Shown piece after piece: positions 17,640 through 27,550 of a stretch of DNA of 64,000 bases. A program made the translations under genes and the position numbers. Origin of the DNA: an uncultured Alphaproteobacteria bacterium (GTDB lineage: Bacteria; Pseudomonadota; Alphaproteobacteria; RF32; CAG-239). The first letter of the stretch is position 1. Each line of letters opens with the position of its first letter. The stretch covers positions 29,813 to 93,812 of the forward strand of contig CALXZH010000024.1 in the NCBI GenBank assembly GCA_944393175.1. The letters are read 5' to 3'. Below the pieces are notes generated by a model, which was given only the letters and a program-made list of their open reading frames with translations, was not told the origin of the DNA and did no database searches.

Positions 17640-18224
17640 TTATTCTATACAACAATCAACGGCTTTGCGGACAAAGGCTTTCATCTTGGCCAGAGCGCCC
17701 GTGGGCTGCTCGGTAACGGTTTCTTTTATCGGAGCGGTCTGCATGGCTTCGTTGACCTTTGAGGTGAGTTGTTTGACATCTTCAACGCTATCTTTTACCC
17801 ATTTTACATCGGCAGTGTTGAGCATATTCATATTTAAGCCCCAAAACAGGCAATATAAATCATAGGCTTGATTAAATAAGTCATAAGCGGTTTCTTTGTG
17901 GCCTAAACTTTGTTGCTTGGTGCCAACTTCCATAAGGCGCATGGATGAGGCAAGCAAATGTTTGGAGATACACCAGACTTCTCCCTCATAGGAAGGAATA
18001 ATTTTTTGCATAAGAGCTTTTCTTTTGTCGCGAATTTCTTCAATCAAGTCATAAAAAGAGTTTTTGCCGGTTTTGGCACCTGAGAATACCAAATGTTCCT
18101 CAATGCTGATGAGGTTCATAATGGCAATGGTTAAATCTTGGTCAGAAGATAAGTCTTTGGGATTAACTTTTTTGGAAGAATCAATCCGTTCAACAAACTC
18201 TTTCACATTTTCAATTTTTTTCAT
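17640..18224 (-). CDS. hypothetical protein
   Basis: 194-aa ORF between thioredoxin-like and flavodoxin genes; no family recognised by eye. Confidence 0.4.
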   Translation of the reverse strand: MKKIENVKEFVERIDSSKKVNPKDLSSDQDLTIAIMNLISIEEHLVFSGAKTGKNSFYDLIEEIRDKRKALMQKIIPSYEGEVWCISKHLLASSMRLMEVGTKQQSLGHKETAYDLFNQAYDLYCLFWGLNMNMLNTADVKWVKDSVEDVKQLTSKVNEAMQTAPIKETVTEQPTGALAKMKAFVRKAVDCCIE

Positions 18225-18360
18225 AGCGAATCTCCTAATTAACTTTATTTATATGTATAATAAATTCTATATATCAAAAGAGTCAAGTGTTAAAAGTTAT
18301 TCAATCATTGTTTTTTTATTTTCAACTGTTATATTGAAGAAAAATAACCAAGGAGGGAAC

Positions 18361-18975
18361 ATGAAATATGTATTGTATGTAATTGCTGCAGCAGTTGTAT
18401 GCGGTCTGCTTATCGGCGGGGTGCATTTGTTCAGAGTATCACAAAAAAACAAAAAAGAGATGGCGCAATATGATGGTCCGCAAGTCAGTCTAAACAAAAA
18501 ATTGGGTAAGGTGTTGGTGGTGTATTATTCTTTGAGTGGGCATACCAAACAAATTGCCGAAATTATCAAGCAAGAAACCAATGCCGATATATATGAAATT
18601 AAAACTATGGAAAAAGTGGATACCGTTCCTTGGTTTTATATGACATTGCGTGAGCAATTAAAAGACAAAACTTATCCCGAGATTCAAAAAGATTTTCCGG
18701 ATTTCTCACAGTATGATATGATTTTTGTGGGCGCACCGGTGTGGTGGTATACCATGGCAACGCCACTGTACAGCTTTTTGCAACAGGTTGATTTCGGCGG
18801 CAAAAAAGTTGTGCCGTTTTCAACTCAGGGAAGCAATTTCGGTACTTATTTTGAAGATTTTGCCGCTCAGGCTAAAAATGCCGATATTCAACTTTCGCAA
18901 TCTTTTAACAATTTGCCGGAAAAATATCGCGAAGAAGAGCATAACAAAATTATACAATGGCTGAATCAGCTTTAA
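18361..18975 (+). CDS. flavodoxin-like protein with N-terminal membrane anchor
   Basis: VLVVYYSLSGHTKQIAE flavodoxin FMN-binding signature; N-terminal TM helix; ATG 18361 preceded by GGAGGGA RBS (ORF-track start 18064 overlaps the divergent minus gene). Confidence 0.7.
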   Translation: MKYVLYVIAAAVVCGLLIGGVHLFRVSQKNKKEMAQYDGPQVSLNKKLGKVLVVYYSLSGHTKQIAEIIKQETNADIYEIKTMEKVDTVPWFYMTLREQLKDKTYPEIQKDFPDFSQYDMIFVGAPVWWYTMATPLYSFLQQVDFGGKKVVPFSTQGSNFGTYFEDFAAQAKNADIQLSQSFNNLPEKYREEEHNKIIQWLNQL

Positions 18976-19048
18976 TTTGCGATCAAGGCTTGAAATTCAG
19001 AGCTCCGATTATACATCTTTGAGGATGTTATAATCGGAGTTTTTTTAT

Positions 19049-21238
19049 ATGAAATACGGATATTTTGGATTTTGCTGTGGTTTGTTATTGGGAACAACAT
19101 CTATTGCTTGGGCCGATATTCCGGCAGGAACAACGGAAAGCGGTGGAAGCGTGGCCAGAGGAACAGTGCAAAATGTGTATGGTACGGCGGTAGATTTTTC
19201 GGTAAACGGAACGCAAAATATTATGTCGGGAGGAAATAGTCAATACACGGCACTTTATTCTTCGGGACGGCAGGTCGTAAATTCCGGAGGTTATGCTTTG
19301 GCAACGCAGGTTAATAATAATGCCGTGCAAACCGTATTAGGAAAAGCCGAACAGACTTTGATTAATTACGGACAACAAGTTGTTGCTGATGGCGGAACGG
19401 CTCTTAATTCAACCGTAAAATACGGCACCATAACCGTTCAAACCGGTGGAACGGCTCAAGGAACAAATGTGTCGTATCGCGGAGTGGAAAATGTGTCCGG
19501 ACTGGATATTGGTTCCACCATAAATTCTCGTGGTACGCAAAATGTTATGTCGGGAGGACAAGCCCAAAACACCACCATTAACAGCGGCGGAAATCAATAT
19601 GTGTATGCCGGAGGGGTGAGCTCGGGTACAATTATCAACGGCGGCTATCAGTTGGTTGAAGGTGAAGCTCAAAATACCGTGATGTATGACGGTTCGCAAG
19701 TGGTGGATGGTGGAACACTGGACGGAGCTGTGGTTAATGGCTATGGAGGTTTGAGTTTTTCTTCAGGCGGCAAGGGAAATAATCTGAGCTTAAATGATGA
19801 AGGCAGTATTATGGCCTTTAGCGGTACAAAAATTTCAGATGTTACTGTCAATAGCGGGTATTTGTTGGTTGAGGGACAAGCCGAAATGAATAATCTTACG
19901 CAGTTTGGCGGTTCAACTTTGTTAGAAAACGGTGCCGTGGTTTCCGGTGTGACTAAACTTTCGGGCGGGGAATTTAAAGTGCAAGGTGCAAATACTATTC
20001 CTGTTTTGGAAATGAACAATGCTACGGTTGATATGATTAATGATAATCAATATGCCAAATTGACAATCGAAAATATTTCGGGGCAGGGCAAATTTTATCT
20101 CAATAGTCAGGCGGCAGCGTCACAAAGTGATGAATTAGTCATTAATGGTGGCAGCGGAAATTTTGGTATAGCCATGGTGGATAGCAGTTATGAAGAAATT
20201 TTTCCGCAAAATATTCCCATTGTGGATGTAGCAGGGGGTAATGCCCAGTTCTATTTGTTGGGCGGCGCGGTTGATGTCGGGGCTTATAAGTATGATTTGC
20301 ACCATATCGGAGATGAGTGGATTTTGGAAAAGACGTCTCAACTTACGGATACGGCAATCTTAACCAAGAATACTTATTCGGCAATCAATTCGGTTTTTTT
20401 GGCACAAATGGAAACGATGAATAATCGTTTTGATGATTTACATTTGTATAAAGACAGTGGCTTTTGGATTAAAACCGGATGGCGTAACTTAAAACTCAAT
20501 TTTAAAGACAGTACGGAAAGCGATGCGGATGTTACCACCATACAAGCCGGTTATGATATGAAAATTAAACAAGATTTGGTAGATGTGATGATGGTAGGTT
20601 TTTCGGCTGGATTTAGTGATTCCTTAATTGAATTTGACCGTAGCGGAAAGGCAAAAGGAGATACACTCAATGTTGGTCTGTATTCTTCTTTAATGACTCA
20701 AGATAAATATTTTTTGGATTTGATGGCCCATTATTCTTGGCATAGCCAAAAACTCAAAAGTTTCTTGCCGCATGGCGATGATGTCGACGGCAAATATGAT
20801 GTGAACGGTTGGAGCGTCGGTGCCGAAATAGGGAAAAAACTCGACTTGGCAAATGGGTGGTTTGCCGAACCTCATTTGAAGTTGAAATATATTGATCTTG
20901 GTTCGATGGAGTATCGCACAACTCTTAATACCAGAATTAAAGGAAGAGGAGCGACCTCTTTGGAAGGGCGTGTGGGCGCGTCTGCCGGTTATACCTGGGA
21001 TGATAAAGAAGTGTATGCCGAATTTAACTTGGTGGAAGAGTTTGACGGCAAAAGTAAAATTGATGTTGCCGGAGAAACGCTGCATGAAGATATTTCGGAT
21101 ACAATGTATGAGCTTGGCGCAGGTTTTAAGTTTCAACCAAGAGAAGATTTATATTCTTATGTGAGTGTTTCAACTCAATTGGGGGACAAAATAGAGGTGC
21201 CGATAGATGTGAATTTTGGTTTGAGGTATGAATTTTAG
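19049..21238 (+). CDS. autotransporter (type Va) with repetitive passenger and C-terminal beta-barrel translocator
   Basis: 729 aa; N-terminal signal peptide; passenger rich in degenerate SGG/NSGG ~20-aa repeats; C-terminal ~270 aa autotransporter barrel-like ending in aromatic residue (RYEF). Confidence 0.75.
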   Translation: MKYGYFGFCCGLLLGTTSIAWADIPAGTTESGGSVARGTVQNVYGTAVDFSVNGTQNIMSGGNSQYTALYSSGRQVVNSGGYALATQVNNNAVQTVLGKAEQTLINYGQQVVADGGTALNSTVKYGTITVQTGGTAQGTNVSYRGVENVSGLDIGSTINSRGTQNVMSGGQAQNTTINSGGNQYVYAGGVSSGTIINGGYQLVEGEAQNTVMYDGSQVVDGGTLDGAVVNGYGGLSFSSGGKGNNLSLNDEGSIMAFSGTKISDVTVNSGYLLVEGQAEMNNLTQFGGSTLLENGAVVSGVTKLSGGEFKVQGANTIPVLEMNNATVDMINDNQYAKLTIENISGQGKFYLNSQAAASQSDELVINGGSGNFGIAMVDSSYEEIFPQNIPIVDVAGGNAQFYLLGGAVDVGAYKYDLHHIGDEWILEKTSQLTDTAILTKNTYSAINSVFLAQMETMNNRFDDLHLYKDSGFWIKTGWRNLKLNFKDSTESDADVTTIQAGYDMKIKQDLVDVMMVGFSAGFSDSLIEFDRSGKAKGDTLNVGLYSSLMTQDKYFLDLMAHYSWHSQKLKSFLPHGDDVDGKYDVNGWSVGAEIGKKLDLANGWFAEPHLKLKYIDLGSMEYRTTLNTRIKGRGATSLEGRVGASAGYTWDDKEVYAEFNLVEEFDGKSKIDVAGETLHEDISDTMYELGAGFKFQPREDLYSYVSVSTQLGDKIEVPIDVNFGLRYEF

Positions 21239-21240
21239 GT

Positions 21241-21280
21241 AAAATAATCCCCCTCAGAAGATTTTGAGGGGGATTTTTGA
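21241..21280. terminator. bidirectional rho-independent terminator
   Basis: TCCCCCTCA-GAAGATTT-TGAGGGGGA hairpin with flanking A/T runs. Confidence 0.65.
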
Positions 21281-21649
21281 TTATTTGGCTGGGATGATTT
21301 GGATAGAATCAACTTCAACTTTTGTGGGTTTGGTCCAGCTCTTATCGACTTCGCCTTGAATTTGAATTCTATCTTCAGGGCCTACGACCAGACCGTTCCA
21401 ATCATCTTCGTCTATTTCAATTTTAATGGTGCCGGTTGCGTCTTTAAACATGTATTTTTCATGTCCGACTTGTGAGGTGATATTACCTTGCATGGTTACA
21501 TAGGTTTCGTCGGGCAGATTTTCAATTTGGTTAACGGTGGTAATGGCTGTATTGCCGGTATTGCCGGTGAATCCGCCTTTCATTTGCGCTGAGGCAAGTG
21601 CGGCAAACGAACAAACCAATGCCGTTGTCAGAAATAAAACTTTTTTCAT
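21281..21649 (-). CDS. BOF/YgiW-family periplasmic OB-fold protein
   Basis: 122 aa, signal peptide, YgiW-like pattern (VTMQGNI...F.D.TG.I.IEIDEDDW......IQGEVDK). Confidence 0.65.
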   Translation of the reverse strand: MKKVLFLTTALVCSFAALASAQMKGGFTGNTGNTAITTVNQIENLPDETYVTMQGNITSQVGHEKYMFKDATGTIKIEIDEDDWNGLVVGPEDRIQIQGEVDKSWTKPTKVEVDSIQIIPAK

Positions 21650-21707
21650 GGTTTTCTCCTTTGTTAAAGTTAACCCAAAATTTGACCCTATTACTTTACG
21701 ATAAACT

Positions 21708-22076
21708 TTATTTTTGGGAAAGTTGTTTTTTTAATCTGGGTGCATATTTGCTGACCATATCTGCTTTAACCTCAACATCGGTCCAGCCATTGTGCACTTC
21801 GCCTTGAACCTCTACCAAATCTTTGGATGTGATGCTTTCGGCGTTCCAATCTTCATCATTGATAAGTAGCAAAATATTGCCGGACGAATCCTGAAAATTA
21901 TAACTTTCATCGTCCAGCTTCTCGACAATATAACCTTGCATATTGACATAAGAGCCGTCTTCCATGGTTTTGACTTCGGCAACTTGATTGATGGTTTGAT
22001 TATATTCACTATGCGCCGGCGACAAAAGACCGAAGGCGGCTATTGTTACCAAACTTATCATCACAAATTTAGACAT
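21708..22076 (-). CDS. BOF/YgiW-family periplasmic OB-fold protein (paralog)
   Basis: 122 aa, signal peptide, same family pattern as adjacent gene. Confidence 0.65.
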   Translation of the reverse strand: MSKFVMISLVTIAAFGLLSPAHSEYNQTINQVAEVKTMEDGSYVNMQGYIVEKLDDESYNFQDSSGNILLLINDEDWNAESITSKDLVEVQGEVHNGWTDVEVKADMVSKYAPRLKKQLSQK

Positions 22077-22140
22077 CTTTCTTCTCCTTAATCAATACAG
22101 AAAAATGTAGTCCTTATTTGCGCAATTTAAATAGGAACGA

Positions 22141-24468
22141 TTAAACCTTGGTTACATAATCTTTGTGCAACTTTTTGTGCCCGAATTTATCAAACATAAT
22201 TTCGAGTTTGTTCCCCTCGGCGGCAACAACTTTGCCATAGCCGAAAGTGGGGTGATAAACTCTCATGCCGATTGTGGCATTGTTGGTGCTTCTGGGAGCA
22301 TAATACTCCGGCTCTTTGACATAGCTGAAGCGATTGTTGTCATTATATTGCTTCGGTTGAGATATTTTTTTATTTTTATACCATCCGTTATAATTTGAGC
22401 TGGAATCATATTCATTATTATAGCGATTATAGGTATTTCCATAACCATTGGAATAAAAACTGTTGACGTTATTGCAAATTTCAATATTTGATGGCGGAAG
22501 TTCATTAATAAAACGAGACGGAATATTGTTTTGCCATTGACCGTAAATACGCCGATTTAGTGCCGTTAAAATATAGAGTTGTTGCTTGGCGCGCGTAATG
22601 GCCACATAAGCCAGACGGCGCTCTTCTTCCAGAGCTGAGGTGCCGCCCTCGTCCAAGCTCCTTTGATGTGGGAAAAGTCCTTCTTCCCAACCGGGTAAAA
22701 AGACAACATCAAACTCCAGACCTTTGGCGGAGTGAAGTGTTATCAACATCACTTTGTTGCTGTCTAAGGCGTCATCATTATCCATTACCAAGCTGACGTG
22801 CTCCAAAAATTCACCCATAGTTGGGTATTTTTCAGTATCGCCCATTACGGTAACCAATTCTTTTAAGTTCTCAAGACGTCCGTTGGCTTCCTCAGTGCCT
22901 TCTTGTTTGAGCATTTCGCGATAACCCGAATCTTCCAAAATTTGGTCGGCCAAATCATCGGGCGTGAGTGCGTTGAGGGCTTGGCGCCAGTGCTCAAAAT
23001 GGCTCAAAAATTCACTCATGTTGGCTTTGGCCTTGCCTGTGATTAAGCCTTCGTTGACGGCTTTTTCAACAGCCATATAAAGCGAGATGCCGTTTGTGCG
23101 CGCAATGTCTTGGAATTTTTCTAAAGTTTTGGCACCGATGCTACGTGCCGGTTTGTTGATGATACGTTCTAAGGCCAAATCATCATGAGGTTGCAAAACA
23201 ACGCGGAAATAAGCCAAAGCATCGCGGATTTCTTGACGCTCATAGAATTTCGGCCCGCCGATAACCTGATAAGGAATCGCCTCGGCAATGAATTTTTCTT
23301 CAAACTCGCGGGTTTGAAATGCGGTTCTGACCAAAACGGCCATTTGCGAATACTCATAGCCTTGGCGGCGTTTGGCTTCAATTTCATCTACCACATATTT
23401 GGCCTCGTCTTCACCGCTGTAAACGCTGATGACTTTGATTTTGGCATTATCACAATTTTTGGCGGGGCTGTTTTCGGCCACTTTAAGGGTTTTGCCTAAG
23501 CGCCCTTCGTTATGGCTAATTAAGGCCGAAGCAGCTGACAAAATATTGGCCGTAGAGCGGTAGTTGCGTTCCAAACGGATGGTCTTGCAGTCGCTGAAGT
23601 CTTTTTCAAAACGCAAGATGTTTTCAATCTCAGCCCCGCGCCAAGAATAAATGGATTGGTCGTCATCACCAACACAGCACAAATTGTGGTGCTTTTGCGA
23701 TAATAAACGCAAAAATAAATATTGCGTAACGTTGGTGTCTTGATACTCATCCACCATAATGTATTTGAAACGATTTTGGTAGCCTTCCAAAACATCGGCA
23801 TTGGAGAGCAAAATCGTTAGCGCATAGAGCAAAATATCACCGAAATCGACACAGTTCAATTCCAAGAGGCGTTGTTGGTAGCGTTGATAAACCTCGGTCA
23901 AAACATTGGATTTGTAGTCTTTTTGCAGTTTTTCGACCGTCAGACCTTTATCTTTCCAGCGTTGGATACGGTCAATAATGGCTTGTGGGGGATATTTTTT
24001 GTCATCCACCCCCATGGCTTCACAAATTTGCTTAACGACTCTTTTTTGGTCGTCGGTATCCAAAATGGTGAAGTTGGAGTGAAGACCGACCAATTCGGCA
24101 TGAGCCCGCAAAATTTTGACGCAGATGCTATGAAATGTGCCAAGCCAAACCGAATTGGCAAGGTCGCCAATCATATTTTGCACACGCTCTTTCATTTCTT
24201 TGGCGGCACGATTGGTAAAGGTTACAACCAGACAATTCCAAGGGTTGGCTTTCATATTGGCCAAAATATAAGCCAGACGCGTGGTCAAAACCTTCGTTTT
24301 GCCCGTGCCGGCACCCGATAATACCAAAACCGGTCCTTCGGTGGTTTGTACTGCCAATTTTTGTTCCGGGTTTAGATTATCGAGCCAATCAAAATGAGGC
24401 ATTAAGGCCGCGGTATTGTTATAAACCGGGGCAGTGTTTCCTTCTTCCAAATCAAATATATTATCCAT
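22141..24468 (-). CDS. uvrD: ATP-dependent DNA helicase, UvrD/Rep/PcrA family
   Basis: 775 aa; Walker A GAGTGKT, helicase motifs (DEYQDTN, VGDDDQSIYSWRGA), UvrD-like C-terminal domain. Confidence 0.85.
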   Translation of the reverse strand: MDNIFDLEEGNTAPVYNNTAALMPHFDWLDNLNPEQKLAVQTTEGPVLVLSGAGTGKTKVLTTRLAYILANMKANPWNCLVVTFTNRAAKEMKERVQNMIGDLANSVWLGTFHSICVKILRAHAELVGLHSNFTILDTDDQKRVVKQICEAMGVDDKKYPPQAIIDRIQRWKDKGLTVEKLQKDYKSNVLTEVYQRYQQRLLELNCVDFGDILLYALTILLSNADVLEGYQNRFKYIMVDEYQDTNVTQYLFLRLLSQKHHNLCCVGDDDQSIYSWRGAEIENILRFEKDFSDCKTIRLERNYRSTANILSAASALISHNEGRLGKTLKVAENSPAKNCDNAKIKVISVYSGEDEAKYVVDEIEAKRRQGYEYSQMAVLVRTAFQTREFEEKFIAEAIPYQVIGGPKFYERQEIRDALAYFRVVLQPHDDLALERIINKPARSIGAKTLEKFQDIARTNGISLYMAVEKAVNEGLITGKAKANMSEFLSHFEHWRQALNALTPDDLADQILEDSGYREMLKQEGTEEANGRLENLKELVTVMGDTEKYPTMGEFLEHVSLVMDNDDALDSNKVMLITLHSAKGLEFDVVFLPGWEEGLFPHQRSLDEGGTSALEEERRLAYVAITRAKQQLYILTALNRRIYGQWQNNIPSRFINELPPSNIEICNNVNSFYSNGYGNTYNRYNNEYDSSSNYNGWYKNKKISQPKQYNDNNRFSYVKEPEYYAPRSTNNATIGMRVYHPTFGYGKVVAAEGNKLEIMFDKFGHKKLHKDYVTKV

Positions 24469-24564
24469 TGTTTGTGACTTCTTGTTTTTTATCTGCTTGT
24501 ATTTTTCATCTTTAGCCCATATATATATTATTATTGAAATGATTGCAAAGGAGTTTTTTGAATT

Positions 24565-25506
24565 ATGCCTAGAACATTAAACGGAGAACTTATTACCGAA
24601 GCATCAAAAAAATTTCAGGCCGGCGACGATTTTTGGCATGAAGGTGCTTATGAAGAGGCGAGAAAGGCTTATTTGGAAGCGGCTGATTTGTACCACAAAA
24701 AACAAGATGTGGAAGGCGAAGCCTTTGTTTATTCTCGTCTGGGCGAACTGGAACTCAGTTTGGATAATTTTGAAGAGGCTGAAAGAGCTCTGAAAAACTC
24801 CACAGAGTTGGTGAAAGATTTTATTGACGGGCAAAATACTTACGGCGAATCTTTAATCAAACTCTCAAAAGTGCAAAGCAACAGCGGTAAGCTGGATAAG
24901 GCTTTTAAGACCATTCAGAAAGCCGAAGAGGTTACTTCCGCAATCGATAATAAAAATTTGTTGGGCGATGCCTATGAGCAAGAAGCCTATCTGCATTTGA
25001 TGGAAAATCACGAAAAACAAGCTTTGGAGAAATATAAACTTGCGGCCGATTTGTTTGAACAAGACGGTACAACCTTGAAAGAGGCTGCGTCTTTGCGCGC
25101 AATGGCTCGGTTGGAAATGAAGTTTAAAAACTATGATAAAGCTCATGATTTGCTCGAAAAATGCCGCGATTTGTATCGGGAAAACGGCGATTTGCTCGGA
25201 GAGGCGAGCGCCTTGTCGGCAATCGGGTGTCTGCGCTATATTATTCGCGATATTCCCAATGCCAGAAAAGCCTTGATGAAGTCGGTTTATTTGTATGGTA
25301 AAGTTTCACATCATTATGCAGAGGCCGAGGCTTTGCTTTATTTGGCCAGAGTGGAAGCTTTTAATCGGGAGCAAGGTGATTTTGAACGCGCAAAAATGCA
25401 CTATAAACGCTCAATTGAATTGTTTGATTTCTTAGAAAATGAGACCATGAAACAAGCAGTACTTAATGAATATCATGATTTCTTAAACAGAACTTCGATA
25501 TTATAG
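24565..25506 (+). CDS. TPR-like repeat protein
   Basis: 313 aa of repeated helical ~34-aa units with conserved Ala/Tyr/Leu spacing. Confidence 0.5.
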   Translation: MPRTLNGELITEASKKFQAGDDFWHEGAYEEARKAYLEAADLYHKKQDVEGEAFVYSRLGELELSLDNFEEAERALKNSTELVKDFIDGQNTYGESLIKLSKVQSNSGKLDKAFKTIQKAEEVTSAIDNKNLLGDAYEQEAYLHLMENHEKQALEKYKLAADLFEQDGTTLKEAASLRAMARLEMKFKNYDKAHDLLEKCRDLYRENGDLLGEASALSAIGCLRYIIRDIPNARKALMKSVYLYGKVSHHYAEAEALLYLARVEAFNREQGDFERAKMHYKRSIELFDFLENETMKQAVLNEYHDFLNRTSIL

Positions 25507-25520
25507 AGAGGGTATAAATA

Positions 25521-26483
25521 ATGGCTGATACAAAAGCAAAAATTATTGCATTAAAAAATTATTTGGAAACCAAAATTATTGGGCAAGAAGAGTTGGTCAG
25601 AAAGTTATTAATTACACTTTTGGCCGATGGGCATGCCTTGGTGGAAGGAGCTCCGGGTTTGGCCAAAACTAAGGCAATTAAAACTTTGTCGGAGTGTATC
25701 AGTGCCGGATTTAACCGAATCCAATTTACGCCTGACTTACTGCCGTCCGATATTACCGGAAGTGATATTTATGTGGCAGACAAAGGTGAATTCGAATTCA
25801 GAAAAGGTCCGGTGTTTGCCAATTTAGTTTTAGCCGATGAAATTAACCGTGCGCCAGCTAAAGTGCAATCCGCGCTCTTAGAGGCTATGGCCGAACGTCA
25901 GGTGAGCGTCGGCGGCAAAAGATATTTGTTGCCGGAGTTGTTTATGGTGATGGCAACGCAAAACCCGATTGAGCACGAAGGAACATATAATTTACCCGAA
26001 GCGCAACTTGACCGTTTCTTGATGTTTATTAAAATTGACCAACCGGATGCGGAATCCGAAAAGAAAATTTTACACCTTGTCAGAAGCGAAGTGGCTAAGT
26101 CGCCGAGTGAAAAATTTACGCCTTTGGCTATTGAAGATATTTTGGCAGCAAGAAAAGATGTTCTTAATGTTCATATGAGTGATGAAATTGAAGAATATTT
26201 GGTGCAATTGATTGTGGCGACCAGACATCCCGAAAAATATGATGCAAAACTGGCCGGACAGGTGATGTTTGGGGCCAGCCCGCGTGCTACAATCGCTCTT
26301 GACAGATGTGCCAAAATCAATGCTTGGATTGACGGACGCGATTTTGTGACGCCGGAGGATATTCATGCAGTTATTTATGATATTTTGCGCCACAGAATTA
26401 TTTTGAGTTTTGAGGCGCAGGCTGAAGGCGTTACTACGGATAATATCATTACCTCACTTTTGAATGTGGTTCCGTTGCCGTAA
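25521..26483 (+). CDS. MoxR-family AAA+ ATPase
   Basis: 320 aa; Walker A GAPGLAKT, Walker B LADEINRA, MoxR-like overall pattern. Confidence 0.85.
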   Translation: MADTKAKIIALKNYLETKIIGQEELVRKLLITLLADGHALVEGAPGLAKTKAIKTLSECISAGFNRIQFTPDLLPSDITGSDIYVADKGEFEFRKGPVFANLVLADEINRAPAKVQSALLEAMAERQVSVGGKRYLLPELFMVMATQNPIEHEGTYNLPEAQLDRFLMFIKIDQPDAESEKKILHLVRSEVAKSPSEKFTPLAIEDILAARKDVLNVHMSDEIEEYLVQLIVATRHPEKYDAKLAGQVMFGASPRATIALDRCAKINAWIDGRDFVTPEDIHAVIYDILRHRIILSFEAQAEGVTTDNIITSLLNVVPLP

Positions 26484-26498
26484 TATAAGCGTGAAAGA

Positions 26499-27458
26499 TT
26501 GGAAAATATGAAACGCTTGAAACATATTACCAAATTTTTTACTTCCGTTGCTCCAGAGCTCGGAGGAGGTGGTTTATTTGCCAGTTTGGAGGAGTTGACT
26601 GAGCAAAGAAAATATGTTGCATATCTTCATCAACTGAGCCAAGTGAAAACCTTGTCGCATATGGCAGGTGATGTTAAGTCAGCTTTTAAGGGACGCGGCA
26701 TGGAGTTGGAAGAAATCCGCAGCTATGCCTATGGTGATGATGTACGTGATATGGACTGGCGGGTAACGGCTCGTAAAGGACAACCTTTTACCAAACTTTA
26801 TGCCGAAGAAAGAGACAGAGAAATTTATGTCTTACTTGATTTGTCACCCAGTATGGTGTTTGGAACAAAAAATGAGCTGAAATCCGTTGCTGCGGCCAAA
26901 ATTGCAGCTTTGCTCGGTTGGATGAGTTTGGAAAATAAAGATCGTTTCGGTTGTTTGATTTTTGACGGAGAAGAAAATTTATTCTTTAAACCGCAAAACA
27001 GCAAAGCCAATATGATGGTGGTTTTGAAAAAAATAAGTGAAATCAGTAAAAAAATTTTGAAGCGAAATTCTTGGCCGCAAAATGCTCAAGATAAAGCCGT
27101 AAAATTGTTGCAATCCAATATTAAAAGTCAGGCGGTGGTGTTTGTGGTTTCGGATTTTTCTGATTTTGGTGAAAAAATGCGGAGAAGCTTAGCTACTTTA
27201 GCTAAAAAAGCACGCGTGTATGCCATAAATGTTTTTGATGTGTTGGAGGAAATGCCTCCTCAGGCCGGAGAATATATGGCTGAAAATAGCGGCGAACGCT
27301 TGGTATTTGATACCAAGTCAAAATATTTTCAGAAAGAGTATAAGGCCTATTTTAAAGATAAACGTGCTAAAATTAATGATTTTTGTAAACGCTTCGGAAT
27401 TCGTTATTTGGAAATTAGAACCGATATTCCTTTGCATCAACAACTGAAAATCAGTTAA
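26499..27458 (+). CDS. DUF58 (vWA-like) protein, MoxR partner
   Basis: 319 aa; conserved DMDWRVTARKG...LSPSM segment typical of DUF58 proteins downstream of MoxR. Confidence 0.7.
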   Translation: MENMKRLKHITKFFTSVAPELGGGGLFASLEELTEQRKYVAYLHQLSQVKTLSHMAGDVKSAFKGRGMELEEIRSYAYGDDVRDMDWRVTARKGQPFTKLYAEERDREIYVLLDLSPSMVFGTKNELKSVAAAKIAALLGWMSLENKDRFGCLIFDGEENLFFKPQNSKANMMVVLKKISEISKKILKRNSWPQNAQDKAVKLLQSNIKSQAVVFVVSDFSDFGEKMRRSLATLAKKARVYAINVFDVLEEMPPQAGEYMAENSGERLVFDTKSKYFQKEYKAYFKDKRAKINDFCKRFGIRYLEIRTDIPLHQQLKIS

Positions 27459-27550
27459 TTTAATATGCGAGAAAACTTGACTTTTGTTCTTAAGAGTGAT
27501 ATTCGTAAACTTAAATTATTTTGTAACTATAATTTGAAAAGAGAAAAAAT

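Noticed and set aside
18064-18360. N-terminal 99-aa extension of the flavodoxin ORF in the ORF track
   Set aside because: It overlaps the divergent minus-strand gene 17640-18224 and its promoter region. A strong RBS (GGAGGGA) precedes the internal ATG at 18361, where the flavodoxin domain begins.
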